Both the position numbers and the translations under genes were made by a program. Below, piece after piece: positions 24,166-33,673 of a stretch of DNA of 64,000 nt. The notes under the pieces were generated by a model that worked only from the letters and a program-made list of their open reading frames with translations, had not been told where the DNA came from and did no database searches. The stretch is from contig CANHLD010000001.1 in the NCBI GenBank assembly GCA_947461325.1, forward strand, positions 1,591 through 65,590, given 5' to 3'. Position 1 is the first letter of the stretch. Every line of letters starts with the position of its first letter. Source of the stretch: Comamonadaceae bacterium. GTDB lineage: Bacteria > Pseudomonadota > Gammaproteobacteria > Burkholderiales > Burkholderiaceae_C.

Positions 24166-26406
24166 TTAGCGTTTTTTAATTTTTTTGGCTGTTGTAAGCG
24201 ACTTTCTGGCGGCAACTTTAGCACCCCGTTTAGTGACACGAGAGGCGCTTGGATTTGAAACTGCTTTTTTATAAGGAACAGATTTCAAATGCCCCAATTC
24301 CATTGGCTTGTTTTTTCGTAGTGCAGCATCGGCGTCTTCTGATAAGCCATCTTGAACCCAGCGAAAATCAATTTTTCTGCCATCTAAATCAACCCTGCTG
24401 ACCTGCACACGGACCCGAGCACCAATGGCATAACGAATACCTGTTCTTTCCCCGCGTAATTCCTGTCTTACTTCGTCAAACCGAAAATAATCACCACCTA
24501 GCTCGGTAATGTGAATCAGCCCCTCAACAAACATAGCGTCAAGTGTCACAAACACACCAAATGTGGTGACGGCAGAAACCGTTCCACTGAAATCTTCTCC
24601 CAAATGTTCACGCATGTATTGACACTTAAGCCAAGACTCTACATCCCTGCTAGCCTCATCTGCACGACGCTCATTCGCGCTGCAATGCAGTCCAGCAGCT
24701 TGCCAAGCCAATAATTCTGGAGAGTTATTTGGTTTTTCCTGTTTTGAAAGATTCGCTTGTGGTGATTTAGCAGATAAACGTCTTGATAACTTAGCGTGTG
24801 CCTCTCCAGGTGTTGGCAAGGTAGGAAGTGTGTATTGTTTTTTGAGCAGAATTGACTTAATTACTCTGTGAACTAACAGATCAGGGTATCTGCGTATCGG
24901 ACTGGTGAAATGGGTATAGGCCTCATATGCCAAACCGAAATGACCGCTATTCATCGGTGTGTAAATAGCCTGCTGCATAGATCTCAGCAACATACTGTGA
25001 ATTTGTTGAGCATCTAGCCTGTCTTTGGTTGCTTGAGCAATCGCTTGAAACTGTCCGGGAGTAGGTGCATCAGTTATCTGCAAACCAATACCAATTGACT
25101 TGAGATAACTTCTCAAAATCTCTACTTTTTCAGGTGTGGGTCCTTCGTGTACCCTGTATAGGGCAGCACGTTTATTTTGCAAAATAAAGTCAGCGCTACA
25201 AACATTAGCAGCCAACATGGTTTCTTCAATCAATCTATGCGCTTGAGTTCTCACTCTAGGAACGATTTTTTCAATTCTTCCGTTGTCGTCGCAAACAATT
25301 TGTGTCTCAGTCGTTTCAAAATCAACTGCGCCACGTTTTAACCTAGACTTTAGGAGCGCTCTGTAAACATCGTGCAAATTGATTAAATCGTTGACTCGTT
25401 GTTTGTATTTAAATGCTTGTGGTCCACGTGTATTGGACAAAATAGCGGCAGCATCCGTATAAGTGAATCTTGCATGACTGTGCATGACAGCCTCGTAAAA
25501 TTGATATGCATACACTTCTCCTTCACTATTAATCAGCATGTCGCACACCATGCATAAGCGATCCACATCAGGATTCAGAGAGCACAATCCGTTGGAGAGT
25601 TTCTCAGGCAACATCGGTATGACGCGCCGTGGAAAATACACACTGGTAGCTCTGTCATAAGCATCAATATCAATCGCGCTTTCTGTATCCACATAGTGAC
25701 TGACATCAGCAATAGCAACCAGAAGACGCCAGCCGGATTGCCCATCTGTATCTAGCGGTTGACAAAATACTGCATCATCAAAATCTCTTGCGTCTTCACC
25801 ATCGATAGTTACCAAGGGAATATCTGTCAAATCTACCCTGTGGCGAAAATCTTTTGCAACGACTTTTTCTGGTATTGATTCAGCTTGCTTGAGACAGTTT
25901 TCAGAAAACTTGTAGGGAACACCGTATTTACGAACAGCAATCTCTATTTCCATACCCGGGTCATCCATTTCACCGAGTACTTCCTGCACTCTCCCTACGG
26001 GCTGACCGTACAGACTAGGGGGCTCCGTTAACTCCACTACAACGACTTGACCAGGCAAGGCACTGCCCGTTGCGCCTTTAGGAATCAAAATATCCTGACC
26101 ATAGCGTCTGTCTTCGGGCGCAACAAGCCAAACACCACTTTCCTGCAATAAACGACCGATGATTGGGTGAACTGGTCTTTCAACGATCTCTAAAATTCTT
26201 CCCTCTGGCCGACCTTTTTTATCCAAACGCGTGACGCGAGCAAGCACACAGTCTTTATGTAAGACTGCACGCATTTCATTGGGAGGCAAATACACATTGC
26301 TTTGTCCGTCATCACGCAAGACAAAGCCATGCCCGTCACGATGACCTTCGACTGTTCCCCTGAACTCTTCAAGTAGGCCAATATGGGTGCTGTTGTTTTT
26401 TTTGAT
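24166..26406 (-). CDS. rnr: ribonuclease R (start uncertain, probably non-canonical ATC)
   Basis: Cold-shock domain [37 protein letters not shown]1 domain, basic tail. Confidence 0.93.
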   Translation of the reverse strand: MKKNNSTHIGLLEEFRGTVEGHRDGHGFVLRDDGQSNVYLPPNEMRAVLHKDCVLARVTRLDKKGRPEGRILEIVERPVHPIIGRLLQESGVWLVAPEDRRYGQDILIPKGATGSALPGQVVVVELTEPPSLYGQPVGRVQEVLGEMDDPGMEIEIAVRKYGVPYKFSENCLKQAESIPEKVVAKDFRHRVDLTDIPLVTIDGEDARDFDDAVFCQPLDTDGQSGWRLLVAIADVSHYVDTESAIDIDAYDRATSVYFPRRVIPMLPEKLSNGLCSLNPDVDRLCMVCDMLINSEGEVYAYQFYEAVMHSHARFTYTDAAAILSNTRGPQAFKYKQRVNDLINLHDVYRALLKSRLKRGAVDFETTETQIVCDDNGRIEKIVPRVRTQAHRLIEETMLAANVCSADFILQNKRAALYRVHEGPTPEKVEILRSYLKSIGIGLQITDAPTPGQFQAIAQATKDRLDAQQIHSMLLRSMQQAIYTPMNSGHFGLAYEAYTHFTSPIRRYPDLLVHRVIKSILLKKQYTLPTLPTPGEAHAKLSRRLSAKSPQANLSKQEKPNNSPELLAWQAAGLHCSANERRADEASRDVESWLKCQYMREHLGEDFSGTVSAVTTFGVFVTLDAMFVEGLIHITELGGDYFRFDEVRQELRGERTGIRYAIGARVRVQVSRVDLDGRKIDFRWVQDGLSEDADAALRKNKPMELGHLKSVPYKKAVSNPSASRVTKRGAKVAARKSLTTAKKIKKR

Positions 26407-26428
26407 ATGATCCTCTGCTTTCCTGAAT

Positions 26429-26513
<85 letters not shown>

Positions 26514-26552
26514 ATCTTACATACCCCAAGCTTTAACTTCTCCTTTGGGAGC

Positions 26553-27914
26553 TTAAATTGGCATACCAACAAGTTCGTGTCCATGAGACTCTAATATCTT
26601 TACTTTTATGAACTCACCAGTTCTAAAAGTTTTACTTATTCTCTGAGGTGGTATCAATCGGACTATGCCATCAATCTCAGGCGCATCTCTGTACGAGCGA
26701 CCTATGCCACCCGCCCTACCCATTGATTGAGCGTTGTCAACTAGCACCTGCATCGTTGAACCTACAAGTTTTTTATTTTTTTGCGCTGATACTGCTTGCG
26801 CCACAGCCATGAATCTTGATTTCCGATCTTCACGCAACTCAAGGGGAAGCATTCCAGGTAAATTATTCGCCTCTGCTCCCTCAATAGCGCTGTATGCAAA
26901 ACAACCTGCATTGTCTATTTGTGCCTCTTTCAGAAAATCCAGTAAGTGCTCAAACTCTGATTCAGTTTCGCCTGGAAAACCAGCTATAAAAGTGCTTCTG
27001 ATCACCAATTCCGGACAAATTGCGCGCCATTTCATTATTCTTTCGAGATTTCTTTCTCCACTTGCAGGGCGACGCATTCGTTTGAGAACATCTGGGTGAC
27101 TGTGCTGAAATGGAATATCCAAGTAGGGCAAAACTTTACCTGTGGCCATCAATGGAATGATTTCATCAACACTCGGATAAGGGTATACGTAATGAAGCCT
27201 GATCCACGCGCCGTAGGGCTCGGCCAGTTCAGTTAAAGCATGTACCAATTCAAACAAACGTGATTTGATCGGCCTTCCGTTAAAAAAACCAGTCTGGTAC
27301 TTGATATCAACACCATAAGCAGAGGTGTCTTGGGAGATGATTAACAATTCCTTTACACCAGAATCAAGTAACGCGGCCGCTTCGCTGAGGATATCGCCAA
27401 TAGGTCTCGAAACCAAATCACCACGCATAGAAGGAATAATGCAAAAAGTACAGCGGTGATTACATCCTTCACTTATTTTGAGATAGGCGAAATGTTTGGG
27501 TGTCAATTTGATACCGGCAGCAGGAACAAGATCCATAAATGGATCATGCGGCTTTGGCAAATACTGATGAACTGCATCCATCACTTCTTGTGTTGCATGA
27601 GGTCCTGTAACGGCAAGAACGCTAGGATGTAAACCCTTGATCAGATTGTGCCCCTTTGCATCAGCCTTTGCCCCTAAGCAACCAGTCACAATGACCTTGC
27701 CGTTAGTCGAGAGTGCTTCACTGATCGTATCTAAACTTTCTTTGACTGCATCATCAATGAAACCACACGTATTCACAATAACCAAGTCAGCACCTTCAAA
27801 AGTTTTGGATGTTGTGTATCCCTCGGCGCTTAGTTGGGTCAAGATCAATTCAGAATCAGTGAGTGCCTTCGGGCATCCGAGGCTGACAAAACCAATTTTG
27901 GGAACAGCATTCAT
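26553..27914 (-). CDS. rimO: ribosomal protein S12 methylthiotransferase RimO
   Basis: SLGCPKA, NTCGFI, radical [22 protein letters not shown] domain. Confidence 0.96.
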   Translation of the reverse strand: MNAVPKIGFVSLGCPKALTDSELILTQLSAEGYTTSKTFEGADLVIVNTCGFIDDAVKESLDTISEALSTNGKVIVTGCLGAKADAKGHNLIKGLHPSVLAVTGPHATQEVMDAVHQYLPKPHDPFMDLVPAAGIKLTPKHFAYLKISEGCNHRCTFCIIPSMRGDLVSRPIGDILSEAAALLDSGVKELLIISQDTSAYGVDIKYQTGFFNGRPIKSRLFELVHALTELAEPYGAWIRLHYVYPYPSVDEIIPLMATGKVLPYLDIPFQHSHPDVLKRMRRPASGERNLERIMKWRAICPELVIRSTFIAGFPGETESEFEHLLDFLKEAQIDNAGCFAYSAIEGAEANNLPGMLPLELREDRKSRFMAVAQAVSAQKNKKLVGSTMQVLVDNAQSMGRAGGIGRSYRDAPEIDGIVRLIPPQRISKTFRTGEFIKVKILESHGHELVGMPI

Positions 27915-28450
27915 TTTTTCATTCCCATAGCCTTGATCATTTGCTCCTGCATTTGAGCAAATAACTGATTAGATTGTTGCGAATAATTCCCCATGAGAGA
28001 CTGAACAGCATTGGTGGGTGAAATTAAAAATTGAGCCCACATATCTGGACTTAAGGGTTGAGACTGATCAGTCATTTGCTTTTGAAAATTACAGAAATGC
28101 TGAATATTGTTTTCTAAGTAATTTCCCATCAGCGCCTGCATAGAATGGCCATAAAAACGAATCATGTTTGCCAAGGCTACTTCAGAAAACAGAGGCAACC
28201 CACCCGCCTCTTCTTCAAGAAGAATTTGTAGAAAAATACTTCTGGTCAAATCTTCGTTGGTTTTTGCATCAACTACTTTGAGGAGTTCACCTTTGACAAC
28301 AATCGCTTTGACTTCTTGGATAGTGATGTAACTTGAAGTCTCAATGTCGTAGAGTCTTCTATTTGGGTATTTTTTGATAAGCCGAATTGAATCTACAGAT
28401 TGAGTATGCTCTGTGGACTTTGTTTTAGAAACATCTTTAGAACGAGGCAA
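27911..28450 (-). CDS. phaR: polyhydroxyalkanoate synthesis repressor PhaR
   Basis: [32 protein letters not shown]; exact start uncertain. Confidence 0.92.
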   Translation of the reverse strand: MPRSKDVSKTKSTEHTQSVDSIRLIKKYPNRRLYDIETSSYITIQEVKAIVVKGELLKVVDAKTNEDLTRSIFLQILLEEEAGGLPLFSEVALANMIRFYGHSMQALMGNYLENNIQHFCNFQKQMTDQSQPLSPDMWAQFLISPTNAVQSLMGNYSQQSNQLFAQMQEQMIKAMGMKK

Positions 28451-28531
28451 GAATAGTTCCTACATATAGGTTTGCCTGGTGACTACAGGCAGTGATCATG
28501 AAATGCATAGAAGCTCATCATGAATTTACGT

Positions 28532-28608
28532 TGGTAGGCGCGATTGGACTCGAACCAACGACCCCCACCATGTCAAGGTGGTGCTCTAACCAGCTGAGCT
28601 ACGCGCCT
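28532..28608 (-). tRNA. tRNA-Val(GAC)
   Basis: Reverse complement AGGCGCGTAGCTCAGCTGGTTAGAGCACCACCTTGACATGGTGG...GTTCGAGTCCAATCGCGCCTACCA. Confidence 0.96.
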
Positions 28609-28726
28609 TCGTTGCCGAAAAATCTATTCTAGCAGGAATCAATTGACCGCCCAAAGACGCTAAATCTGACCAAAAAGAATGAATAAATCAAGCGACATGA
28701 AGAAAACATTGCCCTCAAGCATTACC

Positions 28727-30937
28727 TCAAGGTCGACGCGCAATTCTTACGCCAGTGACTTGATGCACCAAAGATAAAACTTTATGTATTTCTGAAGTTT
28801 TGACAATCTCGATGGCAAATGTCATGTACGCGGTACCTTTCACTGACTGCGTTTTGACACCAACGACATTTATTTTTTCTCTGGCCAAAACCTCTGAAAT
28901 ATCCCTAAGTAGCCCCTGCCTATCATCTGCAATCACCTGAACGTCAACCGTATAGACCTCGCTTAGCCTTGTCGTTGAGCTTAAATTCCACTCAACGCTG
29001 ATCACTCGTTCAGGGTCGCGGTGCTGAAGCTGTAAAAAATTTTGACAGCTCGTCCTATGAACACTAATACCCTTACCTTTTGTGACGTATCCCTTAACGT
29101 CATCTGGCGGGGCCGGTCGACAACATTTAGCCAACTGGGTGAGTAATGAATCAACGCCGACAACTAAAACATTTCCTTGAGAATTGATTGATTTAGTTTG
29201 CTGAAATTTACGCAGATACTTTTCATCATCAGGAACTTCAACAGGTTGCGGACGCCAAAGCAATTCAATTTGTCGAAGTGAAAACTCATCTTTGCCGACA
29301 ACTTCAAACAACAGACTTGACGTTTCAAAACCAAGTTGTTTTGCAAGATCATCCAGTTTCAGTGATGTTTTACCTTCACGTTGCAAGAGTTTTTCAACAA
29401 GCTCTCTGCCCTTAGAAATAGTTTCTTGGGATTTTTGAAAATTGAACCAAGCGCGAACTTTGGACTTTGACCGGGCACTATGGGTGAATTTCAAATCTGA
29501 ATTTAACCAATCGCGTGAAGGCCCTCCTTCTTTGGAAGAGATGATCTCAACTGTTTGTCCATTCAATAATGTTGTTGACAGAGGAACAAGTGCTCCGTCC
29601 ACCTTGGCTCCTCTACACCTGTGACCTAATTCTGTATGCACTGCATATGCAAAATCTATGGGGGTTGAACCGTTAGTTAATTCAACAATTGATGCGTCTG
29701 GGGTAAGTACATAAATCTTTTCCTCTTTAACCAAACTCAATTGATGATTCTTACCTTGTGCATCAATACTTATGTCTCTTTCCCAAGCTAAAAGTTGACG
29801 CAAAACTGCCACGCGCTGCGCTTGCTCGAATTCAACGGAATAACCTTCATAGCCTTTTGCGCCGGATTCCTTATAAGCCCAATGTGCAGCGACGCCAAAT
29901 TCAGCATGCTCGTGCATAGAGCGCGTGCGAATTTGAATTTCAAAAATCTTTTGATGGGCGTCTTGTACAACGGTGTGCAAGGACTGATAGCCATTGGATT
30001 TAGGTTTCGCAATATAGTCGTCAAACTGATTCTCAATAGCACGCATATGCTGATGTACCAAAGACAAACAACGGTAACAGTCGGCGATGTTATTTGTAAT
30101 TATCCGTAGTGCGCGCAAGTCAAAAACCTGAGCAAAGTCAAGTGATTTCCCGCGCATTTTCTTAACAATACTGTAAATATTTTTAGGCCTGCCTTGAATT
30201 TCGAATTGTAAATTTTCTGACGAGAAAATATGATTTAAAAAATCAGTAACTTCATGAATTTCAATTTCTCTATCGACTCTCTTCTTCTCCAGAAGGCCAG
30301 CAATATGTTTATAGACATTAGGTTCAAGTATCCTGAAAGCCAAATCTTCCATTTCCCACTTTATTTGCCAGATTCCTAGCCGACTTGCAAGCGGAGAAAA
30401 AATATCTAGTGCATTGCTCGCAAACGAATCAAATCCTAATTTCTTTTGAGAGGTTATGTATCGCAAGTTTTGTAACTGAGTTGCAAGCAACATCATGATG
30501 ACTCTCAAATCTTTAGAAAAGGTAAGCATCATCCCTCTGACGTGCTCTACTTGGGTGTGAGAATTTATTTTGGCATCAGTGAAATTTGTTGCTAATTTTT
30601 GAAGCCTGAAAATCTTTTGGCAGGAAATAGCTAATTCAGTTAAGCCTTTACCAAAAACTGGCAGCAGTGTTTCATAAGGTTTATTCAAAACCTCACAGCC
30701 ATGCGCTAAATATATAGCAGCACGTATCTCAAAAGTTGCTCCAATATTATCAATAATCTGACAGACAGAATCAGAGTGTGAAAGTGTTGATTCACCTGTG
30801 AGTTGTTGATGTCCAAGCAGTAAATTTGTAGAAAACTGAATGGCTTGGTCAAGTATTTCAGATTTTTCAGCACGTAAAATCTTGCCATCAGCCTTAATTG
30901 GATTCAGAAATTCATTCGCTGATTTTTTGTCTGTCAT
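28727..30937 (-). CDS. relA: (p)ppGpp synthetase RelA
   Basis: Degenerate HD domain, GRPK.IYSI, NGYQSLHT, EIQIRT, TGS (DFAYAVHT), CC zinc finger, ACT domain. Confidence 0.9.
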   Translation of the reverse strand: MTDKKSANEFLNPIKADGKILRAEKSEILDQAIQFSTNLLLGHQQLTGESTLSHSDSVCQIIDNIGATFEIRAAIYLAHGCEVLNKPYETLLPVFGKGLTELAISCQKIFRLQKLATNFTDAKINSHTQVEHVRGMMLTFSKDLRVIMMLLATQLQNLRYITSQKKLGFDSFASNALDIFSPLASRLGIWQIKWEMEDLAFRILEPNVYKHIAGLLEKKRVDREIEIHEVTDFLNHIFSSENLQFEIQGRPKNIYSIVKKMRGKSLDFAQVFDLRALRIITNNIADCYRCLSLVHQHMRAIENQFDDYIAKPKSNGYQSLHTVVQDAHQKIFEIQIRTRSMHEHAEFGVAAHWAYKESGAKGYEGYSVEFEQAQRVAVLRQLLAWERDISIDAQGKNHQLSLVKEEKIYVLTPDASIVELTNGSTPIDFAYAVHTELGHRCRGAKVDGALVPLSTTLLNGQTVEIISSKEGGPSRDWLNSDLKFTHSARSKSKVRAWFNFQKSQETISKGRELVEKLLQREGKTSLKLDDLAKQLGFETSSLLFEVVGKDEFSLRQIELLWRPQPVEVPDDEKYLRKFQQTKSINSQGNVLVVGVDSLLTQLAKCCRPAPPDDVKGYVTKGKGISVHRTSCQNFLQLQHRDPERVISVEWNLSSTTRLSEVYTVDVQVIADDRQGLLRDISEVLAREKINVVGVKTQSVKGTAYMTFAIEIVKTSEIHKVLSLVHQVTGVRIARRP

Positions 30938-31006
30938 TTGAATAGTTTTTTCTTTGGTGAATCGGTGGTCAATCCTAAAACAACAACGTAATAGATTGGA
31001 AGAAAT

Positions 31007-31789
31007 ATGTCAGATCGTTTTTTGAGTGGTAAAAATGCATTGGTTACGGGCTCCACGAGTGGCATTGGTCTCGGGATTGCAAAGTCTCTTGCACAAGCTG
31101 GTGCAAATATAGCTTTGAATGGCTTTGGCGACCACCAACGAGCGGTGTCTGAAATAGAAAAATGGGGAGTTAAAACACTTTATCACCCTGCTGACATGCG
31201 AAAGTCAGGCGAGATCAGCGATATGGTTTCCATTGTGAAATCTCATTGGCAACACATTGACATATTGGTCAATAACGCAGGTATCCAATACGTCTCCCCT
31301 ATTGAAAAATTCCCAATTGATAAGTGGGACGATATTTTGGCTATCAATCTGTCAAGTTCCTTTCATACCACTCGGTCAGTTTTGCCGGGGATGCGTGAAA
31401 AAAATTGGGGGAGAATTATCAATTTAGCCTCTGTTCATGGTTTGGTTGGCTCTGCGGATAAATCTGCTTATGTTGCCGCTAAGCACGGCTTGATAGGTTT
31501 AACAAAAGTCACTGCACTAGAGACAGCTACCACGGGCATCACCTGCAATGCAATCTGTCCTGGCTGGGTTCTCACACCACTGGTTCAGCAACAAGTCGAT
31601 GCGAAAGCAAATGCCTTGAATATTTCAACCGATGAAGCCACACGTCTGTTACTAAGTGAAAAAGAACCTTCCATGCAATTCACAACACCTGAAGAGCTAG
31701 GTGCACTTGCCGTCTTTTTATGCTCTAACGCTGGCAACAATATTCGCGGTGCTGCCTGGAACATGGATGGAGGTTGGGCTGCTCAATAA
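31007..31789 (+). CDS. bdhA: D-3-hydroxybutyrate dehydrogenase
   Basis: TGSTSGIG, NNAGIQ, SVHG, KSAYVAAKHG, ICPGWVLTPLVQQQ. Confidence 0.9.
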   Translation: MSDRFLSGKNALVTGSTSGIGLGIAKSLAQAGANIALNGFGDHQRAVSEIEKWGVKTLYHPADMRKSGEISDMVSIVKSHWQHIDILVNNAGIQYVSPIEKFPIDKWDDILAINLSSSFHTTRSVLPGMREKNWGRIINLASVHGLVGSADKSAYVAAKHGLIGLTKVTALETATTGITCNAICPGWVLTPLVQQQVDAKANALNISTDEATRLLLSEKEPSMQFTTPEELGALAVFLCSNAGNNIRGAAWNMDGGWAAQ

Positions 31790-31807
31790 AGAATGATTCA
31801 CCTGTGA

Positions 31808-31831
31808 CCTATCCATCAAATGATGGATAGG
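31808..31831. repeat. perfect 11-bp inverted repeat (terminator or operator)
   Basis: CCTATCCATCA-AA-TGATGGATAGG; no clear U-tract. Confidence 0.7.
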
Positions 31832-31875
31832 CGATAGATTGATATTCAGTTCATCAAAAAGTAAGTAAAAATCCA

Positions 31876-31911
31876 TTGAGCATTTTGTACGTCTGGTTTA
31901 TCGTACGGCTC
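31876..31911 (+). promoter_or_regulatory. sigma70 promoter with overlapping operator-like palindrome
   Basis: TTGAGC-17nt-TATCGT, 7 nt before the ATG; GTACG-N10-CGTAC at 31887-31906. Confidence 0.5.
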
Positions 31912-32349
31912 ATGAAAAAGCACAAACCCAACCCATCAGCAGAAGCTTTTGCAGCCCGTTTACGGCTCGCAATGAAACAGGCCGGTCTCAAGGCCTCAGC
32001 AACCCATCTCGCGGATGCATTCAATCTGCGCTATTGGGGAAATGGCATCACTGCACATGCAGCTAGGAATTGGATTACCGGCGTTTCCATTCCTAAGCCA
32101 GATAAGTTAAAAACCTTGAGCGATCTGCTTCAAATCAGCCCACACGATTTGTATTTCGGCCCGGATACGTCCAACCTGCCGTTGAACGAGGCATTACAAA
32201 CAGAAAATCTTTGTATGGGAGATGCACAAATGCTGAGGCAGTTTTTAAAGCTCAATACAGAACACAAGAAAATGGTTAGACATTGGGTAAGACTTGCTTA
32301 CCTGTATCAAAATGAGATTGCCAATAATAGGAAACCCCCTGACAAATGA
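31912..32349 (+). CDS. XRE/HTH-type transcriptional regulator
   Basis: FAARLRLAM...ATHLADAFN...AARNWITGVSIP..DKLKTLSDLLQIS...LYFG, a phage-repressor-like HTH pattern. Confidence 0.75.
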   Translation: MKKHKPNPSAEAFAARLRLAMKQAGLKASATHLADAFNLRYWGNGITAHAARNWITGVSIPKPDKLKTLSDLLQISPHDLYFGPDTSNLPLNEALQTENLCMGDAQMLRQFLKLNTEHKKMVRHWVRLAYLYQNEIANNRKPPDK

Positions 32350-32355
32350 GTCTAT

Positions 32356-32847
32356 CTAGGTAATTGATTGAATCAAAACCACAGCTTGAGCTTCAATAGA
32401 TTGATTCTGCCCAACCGGTCCTAGTTTTTCAGCGGTTTTGGCTTTGATATTGACTTGGCTCGTATCAAGTTCCAAAAGGAATGAAATCTGTTTTCTCATC
32501 TCTGGTATGTGGGCTACTAATTTAGGAGCTTGGGCAATAACCGTTGCGTCTATATTCGAAATTTCCCATCTAGCGTCCTGCAACATGGGTTTTAAATATT
32601 GCAGCAACGTCTTGGAGTCGGCATTTTTCCATTTTGGATCATGATCAGGAAAATGTTGTCCAATATCACCTAAGCCTAAAGCACCGATTAATGCATCAAT
32701 GATGGCGTGTAACAAAACATCTGCATCTGAGTGACCCAATAAACCTAGATGATATGGAATACTCACTCCACCAATGATCAATGCTCTCCCGGGAACCAAT
32801 GCATGCACATCCCAACCTTGACCTATGCGAATGACAGATTTATTCAT
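32356..32847 (-). CDS. ispF: 2-C-methyl-D-erythritol 2,4-cyclodiphosphate synthase
   Basis: [31 protein letters not shown]. Confidence 0.97.
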   Translation of the reverse strand: MNKSVIRIGQGWDVHALVPGRALIIGGVSIPYHLGLLGHSDADVLLHAIIDALIGALGLGDIGQHFPDHDPKWKNADSKTLLQYLKPMLQDARWEISNIDATVIAQAPKLVAHIPEMRKQISFLLELDTSQVNIKAKTAEKLGPVGQNQSIEAQAVVLIQSIT

Positions 32848-32866
32848 TTGTAATTGATTGTGAATG

Positions 32867-33574
32867 TTAATGGTTTGATCTGCTCAAAAGAATATTTTGG
32901 GCTAGTTTCATATCTTCAGCGTAAGTCACCTTGAAATTGAAAGAAGCTGAAGGTACCAGTACAGGGGAAAATCCCATCGCTTCAATAGCACTTGATTCAT
33001 CAGTGACTTTGTCACCTACAGATAACAGCGCTTTCATTAGCATTCCAAGCTTGAACATTTGAGGGGTTTGTGCTAGCCACTTGCCCGATCTATCGACAGT
33101 GGCCTCAACCCTTCCGTTTATTTCAGATTTAAGCGTATCAGGCAAGGCAAGTGCAAGCAAGCCTCCGACATCGTCGCCGCCACATGCTTTCACCAAGCGA
33201 AGAATTAAGTCTTGAGTAACCAAGCAACGTGCTGCATCATGAACCAACACCCATTCTTCAGGGCTGACGCCATTCAATTCAAGCGCCTTCAGTCCAGCCA
33301 TCACACTTTGAGCCCTGGTTAATCCGCCCGTAGGGCTGATGAATATGTGAGCTTGTGGCCATTTGTTCAATATGTCATGAATCAGAGAATCATCTGGCGA
33401 TACAACTAAAACAGCCATCCCTAAGCCTGGTAACTTTGAAAAAGCTTCAAGGGTGTGAATCACCAACGGTTTGCCAGCTAGCAATGCATATTGCTTGGGT
33501 GCTGTCAGGCCTGCTCGACTGCCGCTGCCTGCACAAGGAATGACTACATGAAATTTGTCTTCAATGGCATTCAT
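32867..33574 (-). CDS. ispD: 2-C-methyl-D-erythritol 4-phosphate cytidylyltransferase
   Basis: AGSGSR...[28 protein letters not shown]. Confidence 0.96.
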   Translation of the reverse strand: MNAIEDKFHVVIPCAGSGSRAGLTAPKQYALLAGKPLVIHTLEAFSKLPGLGMAVLVVSPDDSLIHDILNKWPQAHIFISPTGGLTRAQSVMAGLKALELNGVSPEEWVLVHDAARCLVTQDLILRLVKACGGDDVGGLLALALPDTLKSEINGRVEATVDRSGKWLAQTPQMFKLGMLMKALLSVGDKVTDESSAIEAMGFSPVLVPSASFNFKVTYAEDMKLAQNILLSRSNH

Positions 33575-33673
33575 TGGAAAAGTTGTTGAATAAGCATAAA
33601 GAAAAAATGTGGCTGATCCATTCTAGAATCAGTATTTTTCACCCCCGATTGTCCGCATTCGGGGGTATTTGTC

